A stretch of 33,499 nt of DNA from a virus (lineage: Duplodnaviria; Caudoviricetes), in IMG/VR virus record IMGVR_UViG_3300011334_000408, positions 1 through 33,499 of that record; one strand, written 5' to 3'. The notes under the pieces were generated by a model. The model ran no database searches, was not told where the DNA came from, and was given only the letters and a program-made list of their open reading frames with translations. Made by a program: the position numbers and the translations under genes. Positions within the stretch are counted from its first letter, which is position 1. Each line of letters starts with the position of its first letter. Below are positions 1 to 8,983 of this stretch, piece by piece.

Positions 1-111
1 AACTATATCTATCAAGACAGATGTATTGAATTAGATTTAAATAATGATGAGAATGAAGCATTATTAACAGGTTGGTTGTTCAAACAAATAAATAACTTTT
101 TAAACAAATAA
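1..111 (+). CDS. 3' end of hypothetical protein (partial)
   Basis: Frame 1 is open from base 1 to TAA at 109-111 (NYIYQDRCIELDLNN...NFLNK). Confidence 0.5.
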   Translation, partial: NYIYQDRCIELDLNNDENEALLTGWLFKQINNFLNK

Positions 112-141
112 GATTATGAAAAAAGAAAAAACTAAACAAAA

Positions 142-546
142 ATGCTTAAATATTTTATTACGATGTATGAATTAAAGATAGAACAAGCACAAAAGCATTT
201 AGGATTTTCAATTGGCAAAAATCGAAAACGTGAAAATGTAGAGTTAAGAGGTGTTATTTTTAAACTTATTCGAGAAAATGACGAGTATATTCCTTTACAA
301 AAAATAGGTCAATTATTTAATAAAGACCATAGTACTGTCATTTATGCACTAAACAATATTGATAACTGGCTATTTCAAAATAAAAAACTATTTAAAGTTT
401 ATCAAGATTTAAAACCTATATTTGATACTACACCTACAAACAATCTAATTATTAGAAGAAATGGCGAAATATTAGAAAACTATCAAGGGTTGAAAAATAT
501 CAAAATGTTACGAGATAAAAATAATTTTTATATTGATTTATTATGA
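142..546 (+). CDS. DnaA domain IV-like HTH DNA-binding protein
   Basis: LQKIGQLFNKDHSTVIYALNNI resembles the DnaA C-terminal IG..F..DH(S/T)TV signature; there is no AAA+ domain. Start uncertain. Confidence 0.7.
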   Translation: MLKYFITMYELKIEQAQKHLGFSIGKNRKRENVELRGVIFKLIRENDEYIPLQKIGQLFNKDHSTVIYALNNIDNWLFQNKKLFKVYQDLKPIFDTTPTNNLIIRRNGEILENYQGLKNIKMLRDKNNFYIDLL

Positions 547-803
547 ACAGATTAGACAATAAACAAAATAGAATAAATCTTCATAAATTAGTTTGTTTAT
601 CTAATTTATTAGTTGAAAATTTAGACGATTTGAAAGTGACTACAGAGCGAATGTTAACGTTGAAAAATACGTTAACTCAATTTGTAGAGGAGTTGAACGA
701 TAGTTTAGCCGAAACAGAAACGATGCAAAAAACGACTTATTTCAACGACATATCTAATAAAATAGATACTATCTTAAGAAAAAACTTCGACGAACAATAT
801 TAA
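543..803 (+). CDS. hypothetical protein
   Basis: 86-aa ORF with an ATGA overlap with the upstream gene. Confidence 0.7.
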   Translation: MNRLDNKQNRINLHKLVCLSNLLVENLDDLKVTTERMLTLKNTLTQFVEELNDSLAETETMQKTTYFNDISNKIDTILRKNFDEQY

Positions 804-807
804 TTTG

Positions 808-815
808 TACTTTTG
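808..815 (+). promoter_or_regulatory. possible Bacteroidota -7 promoter element
   Basis: TACTTTTG matches TAnnTTTG in the intergenic gap; no clean -33 TTTG. Confidence 0.3.
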
Positions 816-831
816 ATAAAAAATATCCCTT

Positions 832-1722
832 ATGGCAAATCCAAAATTTAGGTTAAAAGATATTGAAGTTAGAAAATTAGGTTTAATTCCTACTGCAATA
901 AATCGCTTCAGATTGAATCCACAACAACAAAGGCAATTAGCTAAAATTAGAGAAGGACAAAGTGATATTAAACGTTTATTCTTTGATATTGAAACTTCAC
1001 CTAATATCGGTTATTTTTGGAGAACTGGATATAATCTATCAATTACACCTGATTGTATCATAAATGAGCGTAAAATTATATGTATAAGCTATAAATGGGA
1101 AACAGAAGATAAGATTTATACGTTAACTTGGGATAATAACCAATGCGATAAGCAAATGTTAATCGACTTTATTAAAGTAGCTAATCAATCAGATGAAATG
1201 ATAGCACACAATGGCGATAGATTTGATATAAAATGGATAAGAACACGTTGCATATTTCACAGAGTGGCGATGTTTCCAAATTATAAAACTCTTGATACAC
1301 TAAAAAAAGCTAAAAGCGGATTTAATTTTAATAGTAATAAATTAGACTACATAGCACAATTTTTAGGAGTTGGTGCAAAAGTAAAACATAGTGGCTTCGA
1401 TATGTGGAAAAATGTAATGGCTGGAGATAAAAATGCAATGGCTGAAATGGTGCATTATTGCGAGGGTGATATAATTGTTTTAGAGGATGTGTTTTTAACG
1501 ATGCAAAACTATATTAAAACTAACACGCACAACGGAGTTATAAACGGAAACTTAAAATATAGTTGTCCGAGTTGTGGAAGTGAAAATATTGAACTATTAA
1601 AAAACAATGTTACCGCTATGGGAACTATCAAAAGACAAATTAATTGTTTGGATTGTGAATATAACTATGAGATAAGCAATAGCAGTTATATGCTTTATTT
1701 AAAATTTAAAAACTTAATATAA
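832..1722 (+). CDS. DEDDy/RNase H-like 3'-5' exonuclease with C-terminal Zn ribbon
   Basis: ExoI FFDIET, ExoII HNGDRFD, ExoIII YCEGD; CPSC...CLDC. Confidence 0.8.
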   Translation: MANPKFRLKDIEVRKLGLIPTAINRFRLNPQQQRQLAKIREGQSDIKRLFFDIETSPNIGYFWRTGYNLSITPDCIINERKIICISYKWETEDKIYTLTWDNNQCDKQMLIDFIKVANQSDEMIAHNGDRFDIKWIRTRCIFHRVAMFPNYKTLDTLKKAKSGFNFNSNKLDYIAQFLGVGAKVKHSGFDMWKNVMAGDKNAMAEMVHYCEGDIIVLEDVFLTMQNYIKTNTHNGVINGNLKYSCPSCGSENIELLKNNVTAMGTIKRQINCLDCEYNYEISNSSYMLYLKFKNLI

Positions 1723-1723
1723 T

Positions 1724-1945
1724 ATGAGTAATACACCATTACACTATAACAACGGAAAAGGATATGATTTAATTGACGTAGGTATTGATTACCAATTAAA
1801 TTTTTTTAGGTTTAATGTTCTAAAATATATTTGCAGAGCTGGTAAAAAACAAAATGAACTGCAAGACCTCGAAAAAGCGTTGGATTATATTCAAAGAGAA
1901 ATTGAACACATAAGAAAACAAGAAATTGAAAAATTAGAAGAATGA
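1724..1945 (+). CDS. DUF3310-like phage protein
   Basis: PLHY...NVLKYICRAGKK...DLEKALDY pattern. Confidence 0.75.
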   Translation: MSNTPLHYNNGKGYDLIDVGIDYQLNFFRFNVLKYICRAGKKQNELQDLEKALDYIQREIEHIRKQEIEKLEE

Positions 1946-2118
1946 CACCTAAACAAAGAATATTAATAGTAATGAAATATTATTATTTGCGAGGTTATAA
2001 TTCGGAGCGAGTTAATAAAGTTTATAAAAATATATTAAACAAATGTAAATATTGCGGACAATCAAACGGAGTTCATAAATTAAGTTGCTCAAGTAAAAAA
2101 ATTATTTTGCATATTTAA
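1942..2118 (+). CDS. small putative Zn-binding protein (58 aa, not in ORF track)
   Basis: MTPKQRIL...CKYCGQSNGVHKLSC...; ATGA overlap with the upstream gene. Confidence 0.6.
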   Translation: MTPKQRILIVMKYYYLRGYNSERVNKVYKNILNKCKYCGQSNGVHKLSCSSKKIILHI

Positions 2119-2136
2119 AAAATAGTATTATATTTG
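2106..2136 (+). promoter_or_regulatory. Bacteroidota housekeeping-sigma promoter
   Basis: TTTG (2106-2109), 19-nt spacer, TATATTTG (2129-2136); matches the TTTG/TAnnTTTG consensus. Confidence 0.8.
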
Positions 2137-2145
2137 CATTTATAA

Positions 2146-2231
2146 AAAGTTCGGCTAGGAACTTTCACAAAATTATAACGCCTCTTTTAATGCTTAATTC
2201 TAGCCGATTAAGATTTTTAAAAGAGGTTTTT
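2146..2231 (+). ncRNA. structured leader 1 (two hairpins with complementary loops, then T-tract)
   Basis: AAAGTTC/GAACTTT stem with loop GGCTAG; CCTCTTTTAA/TTAAAAGAGG stem with inner CTTAAT/ATTAAG and loop TCTAGCCG. Confidence 0.6.
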
Positions 2232-2241
2232 ATTTTAAATT

Positions 2242-2679
2242 ATGTCAAAAGATTTATTTATGTTGATGCGAGAGCAAGAAATTCAAACATCAAACTTTTT
2301 ACCAAACAAAAAAGAAATTCAATTCGGAGCAAAAAAATTCATTACAGAACTTTTAGATGATGGTAATGTAAACAAATTTGAATTATTAGCACAAGCTAAA
2401 AGACTTCAAGAAGCACTTGACGTAGTTAACACCGAATTATTAAAAGTAATCCCTCAAGAAAACTTTGAGGAGTTCGGATTAAAAGGAACGTTTAGAAGTG
2501 GTGGCGATACTATTAACTATACAGAAGATGAAATCTATTGCGAGTTAAAGCGTTGTTTAGATGAGCGTACTGATTTGCTTAAATTAGCACAAAAGCAAGA
2601 AGTAGCTGATTTGTATGGTAACATAGTTCCTAAAGTTTCAACAACACCGAGAAAGTCAAGTTTGGCTATATCATTTTAA
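2242..2679 (+). CDS. hypothetical protein (first gene of recombination operon)
   Basis: 145-aa ORF downstream of the promoter and leader. Confidence 0.75.
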   Translation: MSKDLFMLMREQEIQTSNFLPNKKEIQFGAKKFITELLDDGNVNKFELLAQAKRLQEALDVVNTELLKVIPQENFEEFGLKGTFRSGGDTINYTEDEIYCELKRCLDERTDLLKLAQKQEVADLYGNIVPKVSTTPRKSSLAISF

Positions 2680-2722
2680 ATTACTATATTTACAAATCTT
2701 TAATAATTAAATATCTTATCTT

Positions 2723-3217
2723 ATGAAACAAATTGCAACCGCTTTATTAAAAGCACAATCAGAAATGAGCAATCCGAAAAAAGGCTCAACAAATCCATTC
2801 TTTAAATCAAAATACGCTGATTTAAACTCAATTCGAGAAGCAGTTATTCCAATTCTTAACGCAAATGATATAGTAATTTTACAACCTATTGTACATTTAG
2901 ATAACAAAAACTTTGTGCAAACTATTTTATTACATTCAAGCGGTGAAAAACTTGAAAGTTTAACTGAAATTATTTACAATAAAGTTAATGATGCACAAGC
3001 ACAAGGGAGCGGAATAAGCTACGCAAGACGTTATTCTTTACAATCATTTGTTTGTGTTGGTGCAGACGATGACGACGGACAAAAAGCAGTACAACCAAAA
3101 CCAAATGCAACTACAGAAATTTTAAAGAAAGCTAAATATGGTGGCTTTTCATTGGAGCAAATTAAAACTAAATACACAACTACAAAACAACAGGAACAAG
3201 AATTTATTAATCTTTAA
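2723..3217 (+). CDS. erf: ERF-family ssDNA annealing protein
   Basis: NPFFKSKYADL and AQAQGSGISYARRYSL motifs. Confidence 0.85.
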   Translation: MKQIATALLKAQSEMSNPKKGSTNPFFKSKYADLNSIREAVIPILNANDIVILQPIVHLDNKNFVQTILLHSSGEKLESLTEIIYNKVNDAQAQGSGISYARRYSLQSFVCVGADDDDGQKAVQPKPNATTEILKKAKYGGFSLEQIKTKYTTTKQQEQEFINL

Positions 3218-3228
3218 TTTATATATTT

Positions 3229-3522
3229 ATGGGAGTTAAAACTTCATTTTACGGAAGCATTGATTTTAGCAAATTGTTAGAACAAGCAAAAACAGGAAAC
3301 AAAGCATTTACTAAAAATGAAAATGGTAAAATTTATTTAAACGTTAGAGTTTGGGTAAATGATGAGTTAGATAAATATGGTAATGTAGCATCGTTTCAAT
3401 CTAATTTCAAAGGAGCAACAAAAGAAGATAGATTTTACTTTGGTAACTTAAAAGAAAGTGAGCAGATAGTTGAAGAAGTAACCGCTGAAGATATACCTGA
3501 TACAGATTTGCTTCCTTTTTAA
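3229..3522 (+). CDS. putative single-stranded DNA-binding protein
   Basis: Follows ERF; beta-rich with an acidic tail ending DLLPF. Confidence 0.6.
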   Translation: MGVKTSFYGSIDFSKLLEQAKTGNKAFTKNENGKIYLNVRVWVNDELDKYGNVASFQSNFKGATKEDRFYFGNLKESEQIVEEVTAEDIPDTDLLPF

Positions 3523-3564
3523 AGAGCAAATGCTAAATTTATTAATCGAAACATTTGATTTAAA

Positions 3565-4005
3565 ATGAAAATTGAAATTACAACGTCAATCGTTAACGGA
3601 CTATTCAAACGAAATAGAGACCTTGTTTTAAACGCCATAAAATCGTTTAATGATAAAGATGTTGTAATTACTTTTTCAAAGCCTAAAAAGTCACGTTCTA
3701 ACAATCAAAACAGATACTATTGGGGTTTAGTTCTTCCTTTAATACAAAATGGTTTATTAGAAGTTACAGGAGAATTAAGAAGCGTTGATAACATTCACTA
3801 CAAAATACTTTTGCCTTTATTTGCTCCGACAAATGAAATAGTAAATAAAGATACTGGAGAATGCATTACAGAACGTTTAACAAGTTCAGATTTAACAACT
3901 ACTCAATTTTGCGAGTATATTTTAGAAATACAAAAATGGTCAGCAGAATTTTTAGGAATAGATATTCCATCACCTAACGAAGATAATATGTTAAATTTTG
4001 AATGA
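3565..4005 (+). CDS. NinB/Orf-like recombination accessory protein
   Basis: RSNNQNRYYWG and SSDLTTTQFCEYILEI motifs. Confidence 0.6.
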   Translation: MKIEITTSIVNGLFKRNRDLVLNAIKSFNDKDVVITFSKPKKSRSNNQNRYYWGLVLPLIQNGLLEVTGELRSVDNIHYKILLPLFAPTNEIVNKDTGECITERLTSSDLTTTQFCEYILEIQKWSAEFLGIDIPSPNEDNMLNFE

Positions 4006-4039
4006 TTTGTTTTTTATATTGAAATAATTATTATATTTG
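4006..4039 (+). promoter_or_regulatory. Bacteroidota housekeeping-sigma promoter
   Basis: TATATTTG at 4032-4039 and TTTG at 4006-4009 (22-nt spacer, slightly long). Confidence 0.65.
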
Positions 4040-4042
4040 TAC

Positions 4043-4134
4043 TTGTTGGAGTGGTAACCGACAATAAAATATAAAAATATTTAATCCATAATCTGGAGGC
4101 GTTTACCACAATAGCCAAAGGATTATGGATTTTT
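4043..4134 (+). ncRNA. structured leader 2 (same architecture as leader 1)
   Basis: TTGTTGG/CCGACAA stem with loop AGTGGTAA; AATCCATAATC/GATTATGGATT stem whose loop contains TTACCAC; T-tract follows. Confidence 0.6.
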
Positions 4135-4161
4135 CATATTTATAACTTAATTTAATTTAAA

Positions 4162-4386
4162 ATGGAACACCGATTAATTGCAGAAGAAATTAGCACTGCT
4201 GATTTAAAGTATGAATTTTATGTATTAGAACTTGATTCTAATATTGTTAATTTAGGAATACAAAAAACAGATTTTTGTAATGATAGCTTAAGTAATATTT
4301 TATCTATTAACATTACAAAAAAAGAACTTCATTCTCTTATAGGCACATTATTACACGTTCAACAAAAAATGAAAGGAAGTGTATAA
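4162..4386 (+). CDS. hypothetical protein
   Basis: 74-aa ORF coupled to the next gene (TAATG). Confidence 0.65.
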   Translation: MEHRLIAEEISTADLKYEFYVLELDSNIVNLGIQKTDFCNDSLSNILSINITKKELHSLIGTLLHVQQKMKGSV

Positions 4387-5000
4387 TGGCTATAAAACTA
4401 ACTAAAAGAAAAGGTTTTAATTTCTTTCGTTCATATTACGATGTTTATAACGAACTTGAAACTGATGCAGATAAAGTAGCTTTTATAGATGCTTTATTAG
4501 ATAGACAATTTTTAGGAATTAAACCAACAGAACTTAAAGGAATGGCAAAATTTGCTTATATAAGTCAAACAAATTCTATTGATAGTCAAGTTAAAGGATT
4601 TGAGGATAAAACTGGCATAATTTTAAACCCTACGCAAGGGGGTTCGATAGGGGATTATGTAACCCCTACGCAACAAGTAGAAGTAAAAGAGAAAGTAGAA
4701 GAACAAGTAGAAGTAAAAAATATAACGGCTTTGCCTACTTTTAGTTTTTACCATTCTTTAATTAACTTAGGTTGTAATAAACAATTAGTTTCTGATTGGA
4801 TTAAGGTAAGAAAAAATAAAAGACTTACAAATACTGAAACTGCACTTAAAAAATTTATTATTCAGGTTGAAAAAAGCGGATATTCAATTGACGATGTTTT
4901 AGAAAAGTGTATTGAAAAAAGTTGGGGAGGTTTTGAAAGTGATTGGTATTGTAAAGTAAAAAAACCTATTGTTAAACCTTTTTTTGATAGTCCAGCGTAA
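4386..5000 (+). CDS. putative replication initiator (DUF6291-like N-terminus)
   Basis: KGFNFFRSYYD N-terminus, low-complexity linker with DNA repeats, directly upstream of the primase-helicase. Confidence 0.55.
   Translation: MAIKLTKRKGFNFFRSYYDVYNELETDADKVAFIDALLDRQFLGIKPTELKGMAKFAYISQTNSIDSQVKGFEDKTGIILNPTQGGSIGDYVTPTQQVEVKEKVEEQVEVKNITALPTFSFYHSLINLGCNKQLVSDWIKVRKNKRLTNTETALKKFIIQVEKSGYSIDDVLEKCIEKSWGGFESDWYCKVKKPIVKPFFDSPA
4628..4718. repeat. iteron-like direct repeats inside initiator gene (candidate origin)
   Basis: CCCTACGCAA at 4628 and 4664; AACAAGTAGAAGTAAAA at 4672 and 4702; partial AAGTAGAAG at 4693. Confidence 0.5.
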
Positions 5001-6829
5001 TGAGTAATATACAAAATTGGGATTTAATCCAAACAAATAAAGTATCAGGAACTGCAAAAATAAAATGTCCTATTTGCACAGATACACGCAGAAATAAACA
5101 AGATAAATCTTTAATGGTTTGGTTTAATAATGGAACTGCTAAATGTTTTAATGATGGTTGTAATGCTTTATTTTTTAGAGATAGTATACAAAAATCAATA
5201 GTAGAAAATAATTATACTTTACCACAACAAAATTGGAAAAACTACACAACTTTATCTGATAATTTAGTAAAGCATTGTGAAAACGAAAGGCTAATAAATC
5301 AATTTACTTTAAAACATTTTGAAGTATCAGAAGAAAAATATTATCAACCATCATTAAATAAAGAAGTTAATAATATTGTATTTAATTATTTTGAAGGGGA
5401 TATATTAGTTAATAAAAAATATCGTTCAGGTAATAAAAAATTTACTCAATCTAAAAATGGAAAGCCTATTTTTTATAACATTAATTCAATTATTGGAGAA
5501 GATGAAGTTTACATAGTTGAGGGTGAATTTGATGTTATGGCACTTTATGAAATAGGTATAAAAAACGCAATATCTATCCCAAATGGAGCAAACGACAATG
5601 ATAATTATTGGATTAATTCCGAAAAATATATAAAAGACGTTAAAAAGTTTTTAATTGCTACTGATAATGATAGTAGTGGAAATAATGTAGCTGAAAAAAT
5701 CGCACAACGTTTAGGGCGTTATAGATGTGAAAGGATTTTATTTGATGGTAAAGACGCAAACGATGACTTAAAAAGTGGTAAATTAAAAGAAACTATTTAT
5801 AATAGAAAAAAATATCCAGTTTCAGGAACTTTTACTACTGAAGATTTAATTGATAAAATGATGAGTTTATACAATGATGGTTTACCTAATTGTATTGAAA
5901 TAAAAAATACCGCTTTATCAAGTTTAAATAATATTTTTAAATTAATGTTTGGTCATTTATGTATTGGTACTGGTATACCATCACATGGAAAGTCAAATTT
6001 TACTGAATGGTTAGTTTTAAATTATCTTTTAGAAAATGATTTAAAAGCAAGTTTTTTTAGTCCTGAACATCAACCAATGGAATTACATATGTCAACTTTT
6101 GTACAAAAAGCAATAGGTAAGAATTATTTTTTTGATATAGATGGAGTTGAAAAATGTACAAAATTAGATATAATGGAATTTCATAATTGGGCAAATCAAA
6201 AATTATATTTAACAAGTCCTGAAAATGGAGAGTTTGCTAATTGGGATTGGATTTTTGAAAAGTTTAGAGAGCAAATTTATTCATTTGGAATTAATATCTT
6301 TGTAGTTGATGCTTGGAATAAAGTTGAATATACTGGAAATAAAACAGAAAGAGAAAATATAGCTTTAGTTTTATCAAGATTAACACAATTTGCTCAACAA
6401 AATAATGTATTAATTATAGTAATTGCTCACCCTACTAAAATGAAAAAAGAAGCTGGAATTTATGAAAGTCCTACTTTATATGATGTTTCAGGTAGTGCTG
6501 ATTTTAGAAACCAAACTCACGATGGATTTTGTATTTACAGATTTTTTGGAGATGAGTCTTATACCCAATTTATTAATTTAAAATCAAAATATAGTTTTCA
6601 AGGAGAAATAGGTGGTAAAATGGAATTTGATTATCATAAGCCATCAGGTCGTTATTATGAACGTGGAACCGAACCACAATTAGAAAGTTTAATAAAAGCA
6701 AATCAACAAAGAAAAGAGCCAAAAGAATTAATAGAAGAAATTGCACCTTTTCCATTAATTAAAATTGAAGAAATAAAAGGAGTTTTTGATGATATGCCAT
6801 ATGATGAAAATTTAGAAGTACCTTTTTAA
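5000..6829 (+). CDS. primase-helicase (T7 gp4/Twinkle-like)
   Basis: Zn finger CPIC...C...C; TOPRIM EGEFD and DND; Walker A GIPSHGKS; SF4 AHP and SGSADF motifs; acidic PF tail. Confidence 0.9.
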   Translation: MSNIQNWDLIQTNKVSGTAKIKCPICTDTRRNKQDKSLMVWFNNGTAKCFNDGCNALFFRDSIQKSIVENNYTLPQQNWKNYTTLSDNLVKHCENERLINQFTLKHFEVSEEKYYQPSLNKEVNNIVFNYFEGDILVNKKYRSGNKKFTQSKNGKPIFYNINSIIGEDEVYIVEGEFDVMALYEIGIKNAISIPNGANDNDNYWINSEKYIKDVKKFLIATDNDSSGNNVAEKIAQRLGRYRCERILFDGKDANDDLKSGKLKETIYNRKKYPVSGTFTTEDLIDKMMSLYNDGLPNCIEIKNTALSSLNNIFKLMFGHLCIGTGIPSHGKSNFTEWLVLNYLLENDLKASFFSPEHQPMELHMSTFVQKAIGKNYFFDIDGVEKCTKLDIMEFHNWANQKLYLTSPENGEFANWDWIFEKFREQIYSFGINIFVVDAWNKVEYTGNKTERENIALVLSRLTQFAQQNNVLIIVIAHPTKMKKEAGIYESPTLYDVSGSADFRNQTHDGFCIYRFFGDESYTQFINLKSKYSFQGEIGGKMEFDYHKPSGRYYERGTEPQLESLIKANQQRKEPKELIEEIAPFPLIKIEEIKGVFDDMPYDENLEVPF

Positions 6830-6847
6830 TAATTAAATAGTAAAAAT

Positions 6848-7027
6848 ATGAAATGTGAATATTGTAATAAAGAAACTAAAAGAAAAGTTTATGGAGAATA
6901 TTTATGCGAATATCATTATGAAATGGTTTATTTAGAAAAACCAAAAAAAAATGATAACTTCGATGTAAATAAAGATTGGCTTCCTTACGAAACAGATAAT
7001 GATAATTTAAATAATGATTGGATATGA
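6848..7027 (+). CDS. small Zn-finger protein (59 aa, not in ORF track)
   Basis: MKCEYC...CEYH; ATGA overlap with rusA. Confidence 0.6.
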   Translation: MKCEYCNKETKRKVYGEYLCEYHYEMVYLEKPKKNDNFDVNKDWLPYETDNDNLNNDWI

Positions 7028-7359
7028 GAAAAATAAATATAAAACCATTATCTGTAAATGAATGTTGGCAAGGTCGTAGATTTAAGACTAAAGAATATAA
7101 GCAATATGAAAAAGATTTACTTTTAATGCTTCCAAATATAAAATTAAAAATACAACGTGTAAACATCGATATTGTATTTGGCTTTAGTAATTCACTTTGT
7201 GATATAGATAATCCTTTAAAACCATTTTTAGACGTATTACAAAAGAAGTATAATATAAACGATAGGGATATTTACAAGTTAATTGTATCAAAAGAAGTAA
7301 TTACAAAAGGTAATGAGTTTATTAAATATAAAATAACTGAAATAGATGGCAAAAAGTAA
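7024..7359 (+). CDS. rusA: RusA-like Holliday junction resolvase
   Basis: PLSVN, DIDNPLKPFLDVL and INDRDI motifs; ATG at 7024 preferred over TTG at 7018. Confidence 0.8.
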   Translation: MRKINIKPLSVNECWQGRRFKTKEYKQYEKDLLLMLPNIKLKIQRVNIDIVFGFSNSLCDIDNPLKPFLDVLQKKYNINDRDIYKLIVSKEVITKGNEFIKYKITEIDGKK

Positions 7360-7507
7360 TCAATTTGCGTTAATTCCTGAAACTAAATTAAAATTAGTAG
7401 CAACACATAAACAAACTTTGCAAGAGTTTGAAAAGATTATAACTTTTTTTGAATGGCAAACTATGACTAAACACAAAGATTATTTATATAAAACATATCA
7501 AATCTGA
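7346..7507 (+). CDS. hypothetical protein (53 aa)
   Basis: MAKSNQFALIP...; fills the gap and is coupled to the next ORF (TGATG). Confidence 0.55.
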   Translation: MAKSNQFALIPETKLKLVATHKQTLQEFEKIITFFEWQTMTKHKDYLYKTYQI

Positions 7508-7683
7508 TGGAAAGCGTTGAATCAATGATAGCTATTGTACAAGTTTACATAAATATTCACAAAAATATACAAGTGAACGTAAAAATAGTTAACTTTGTCG
7601 AAATAAGAAAACTAAAAGAAGCTTATAATATAGCTTACAATTGGTTGAAAGAATATGAATTGAAACTTGAAAGAAATATTTAA
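7507..7683 (+). CDS. hypothetical protein (58 aa)
   Basis: MESVESMIAIVQVY...; overlaps the sigma gene start. Confidence 0.55.
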   Translation: MESVESMIAIVQVYINIHKNIQVNVKIVNFVEIRKLKEAYNIAYNWLKEYELKLERNI

Positions 7684-8101
7684 ACAACATAAACGCTGGA
7701 TTAATATTGTCAAACAATTAGGCATAGATGATTATGCAGAAGATATTGTACAAGAAGCGTACCTTAAATGTTTAGAGAAGAAATCAATTAACGAAGCATA
7801 TTTTTATTTAACTTTGCGTAGTTTGGCATTTGATTTGCATCGTAAACAAAAGAAAATAATAAAAGTACCAATAGAAGAAATAAATATATCTATTGAAATA
7901 GATAAAGAGAATGAAGTATTTGAAATAGTAAACCGATTACATTGGTTCGATAAACAAGTTTTTTATTTATATTATGATAATAAACTTTCGATGAGAAAAA
8001 TAGCAAAAGAAACAGGAATATCACTATCAACTATTTTCAATACGATTTCAAAGTGTAACGATAAAATTTTAAAAGAATGGGAAGAAAAAAGAAAGCAATA
8101 G
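7667..8101 (+). CDS. ECF-type sigma-70 factor (candidate late sigma)
   Basis: Region 2 AEDIVQEAYLK and region 4 HTH LSMRKIAKETGISLSTI; TTG start. Confidence 0.8.
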   Translation: MKEIFKQHKRWINIVKQLGIDDYAEDIVQEAYLKCLEKKSINEAYFYLTLRSLAFDLHRKQKKIIKVPIEEINISIEIDKENEVFEIVNRLHWFDKQVFYLYYDNKLSMRKIAKETGISLSTIFNTISKCNDKILKEWEEKRKQ

Positions 8102-8472
8102 GATTAGGCGATACAATCGAACAAATTACAGAAGCTACAGGAATAAAAAAAGTAGTAGATACAATTTCAAAAGTAACAGGTTGGGATTGTGGTTGCGATA
8201 AACGTAAAGAAACTTTAAACAAATTAATTCCATATAAAAAAGCAAATTGTTTAACGGAAGAAGATTATAATTATCTTACTGGTTTATTCAGTAAATACTT
8301 AAACGAACTTACAATCAACCAACAATATAAATTGATTGAGATTTACGAAAGAGTTTTTAATATAAAATTACAACATAGTAACTGCTCCAGTTGTTGGAGA
8401 GATATAGTTAACGAATTAAAAAAAGTATATGAAACATTTAATGATAATACTGATAGCACTAACACTATTTAG
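8077..8472 (+). CDS. hypothetical Cys-containing phage protein
   Basis: GLGDTIEQIT...DCGCDKRK...CSSC. Confidence 0.75.
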   Translation: MGRKKKAIGLGDTIEQITEATGIKKVVDTISKVTGWDCGCDKRKETLNKLIPYKKANCLTEEDYNYLTGLFSKYLNELTINQQYKLIEIYERVFNIKLQHSNCSSCWRDIVNELKKVYETFNDNTDSTNTI

Positions 8473-8662
8473 TTGCTCAACAGAAACAGAAAAACAATCG
8501 GATTGCAATTGCGATAGAGTAATGTCTGTGCAAACGTTTAACGTTTTAGGAACTTACAAAGCCGAGTATATTACAATAAACGAATGCAGTCAAGTACAAA
8601 AAAGTAAATCATATTCTACGACAAATTATAATACTTTGCCAAAAGTAGGAGAATGTAGATAA
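8429..8662 (+). CDS. small lipoprotein
   Basis: Signal peptide with lipobox LFSC; additional Cys residues. Confidence 0.65.
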   Translation: MKHLMIILIALTLFSCSTETEKQSDCNCDRVMSVQTFNVLGTYKAEYITINECSQVQKSKSYSTTNYNTLPKVGECR

Positions 8663-8686
8663 TTAATTAATTAATTTCTATTAATT

Positions 8687-8983
8687 ATGGAAGATAAAAG
8701 AAAAAATAACGGAGGTCATAGTACTGCTGGAAAAGCTGGTAGGCCATCACAAAGAGATGAATTGAAAGCTATTGATTTGGCAAGTCCACACGTAGAAAGT
8801 GCATTTAAAACTATTGCAAAAATAATGAATAATGTTTTAGAAAACGCAAGAGATAGAATAGCAGCATCAAAAATATTAATTGAGTATGGTTGTGGTAAAC
8901 CTGAGCAAAATGTAAATCAAAACCTTACTTTAGATAACTTCGATTTAAAAGACGTTATAAAATTTGATAACACTAAACAATAA
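8687..8983 (+). CDS. terS: terminase small subunit (putative)
   Basis: Gly-rich AGRP N-terminus and GKPEQ; overlaps the terL start. Confidence 0.6.
   Translation: MEDKRKNNGGHSTAGKAGRPSQRDELKAIDLASPHVESAFKTIAKIMNNVLENARDRIAASKILIEYGCGKPEQNVNQNLTLDNFDLKDVIKFDNTKQ

Noticed and set aside
8660-8686. TAAT tandem palindrome before terS as a packaging site
   Set aside because: It is low-complexity AT sequence with no independent support.
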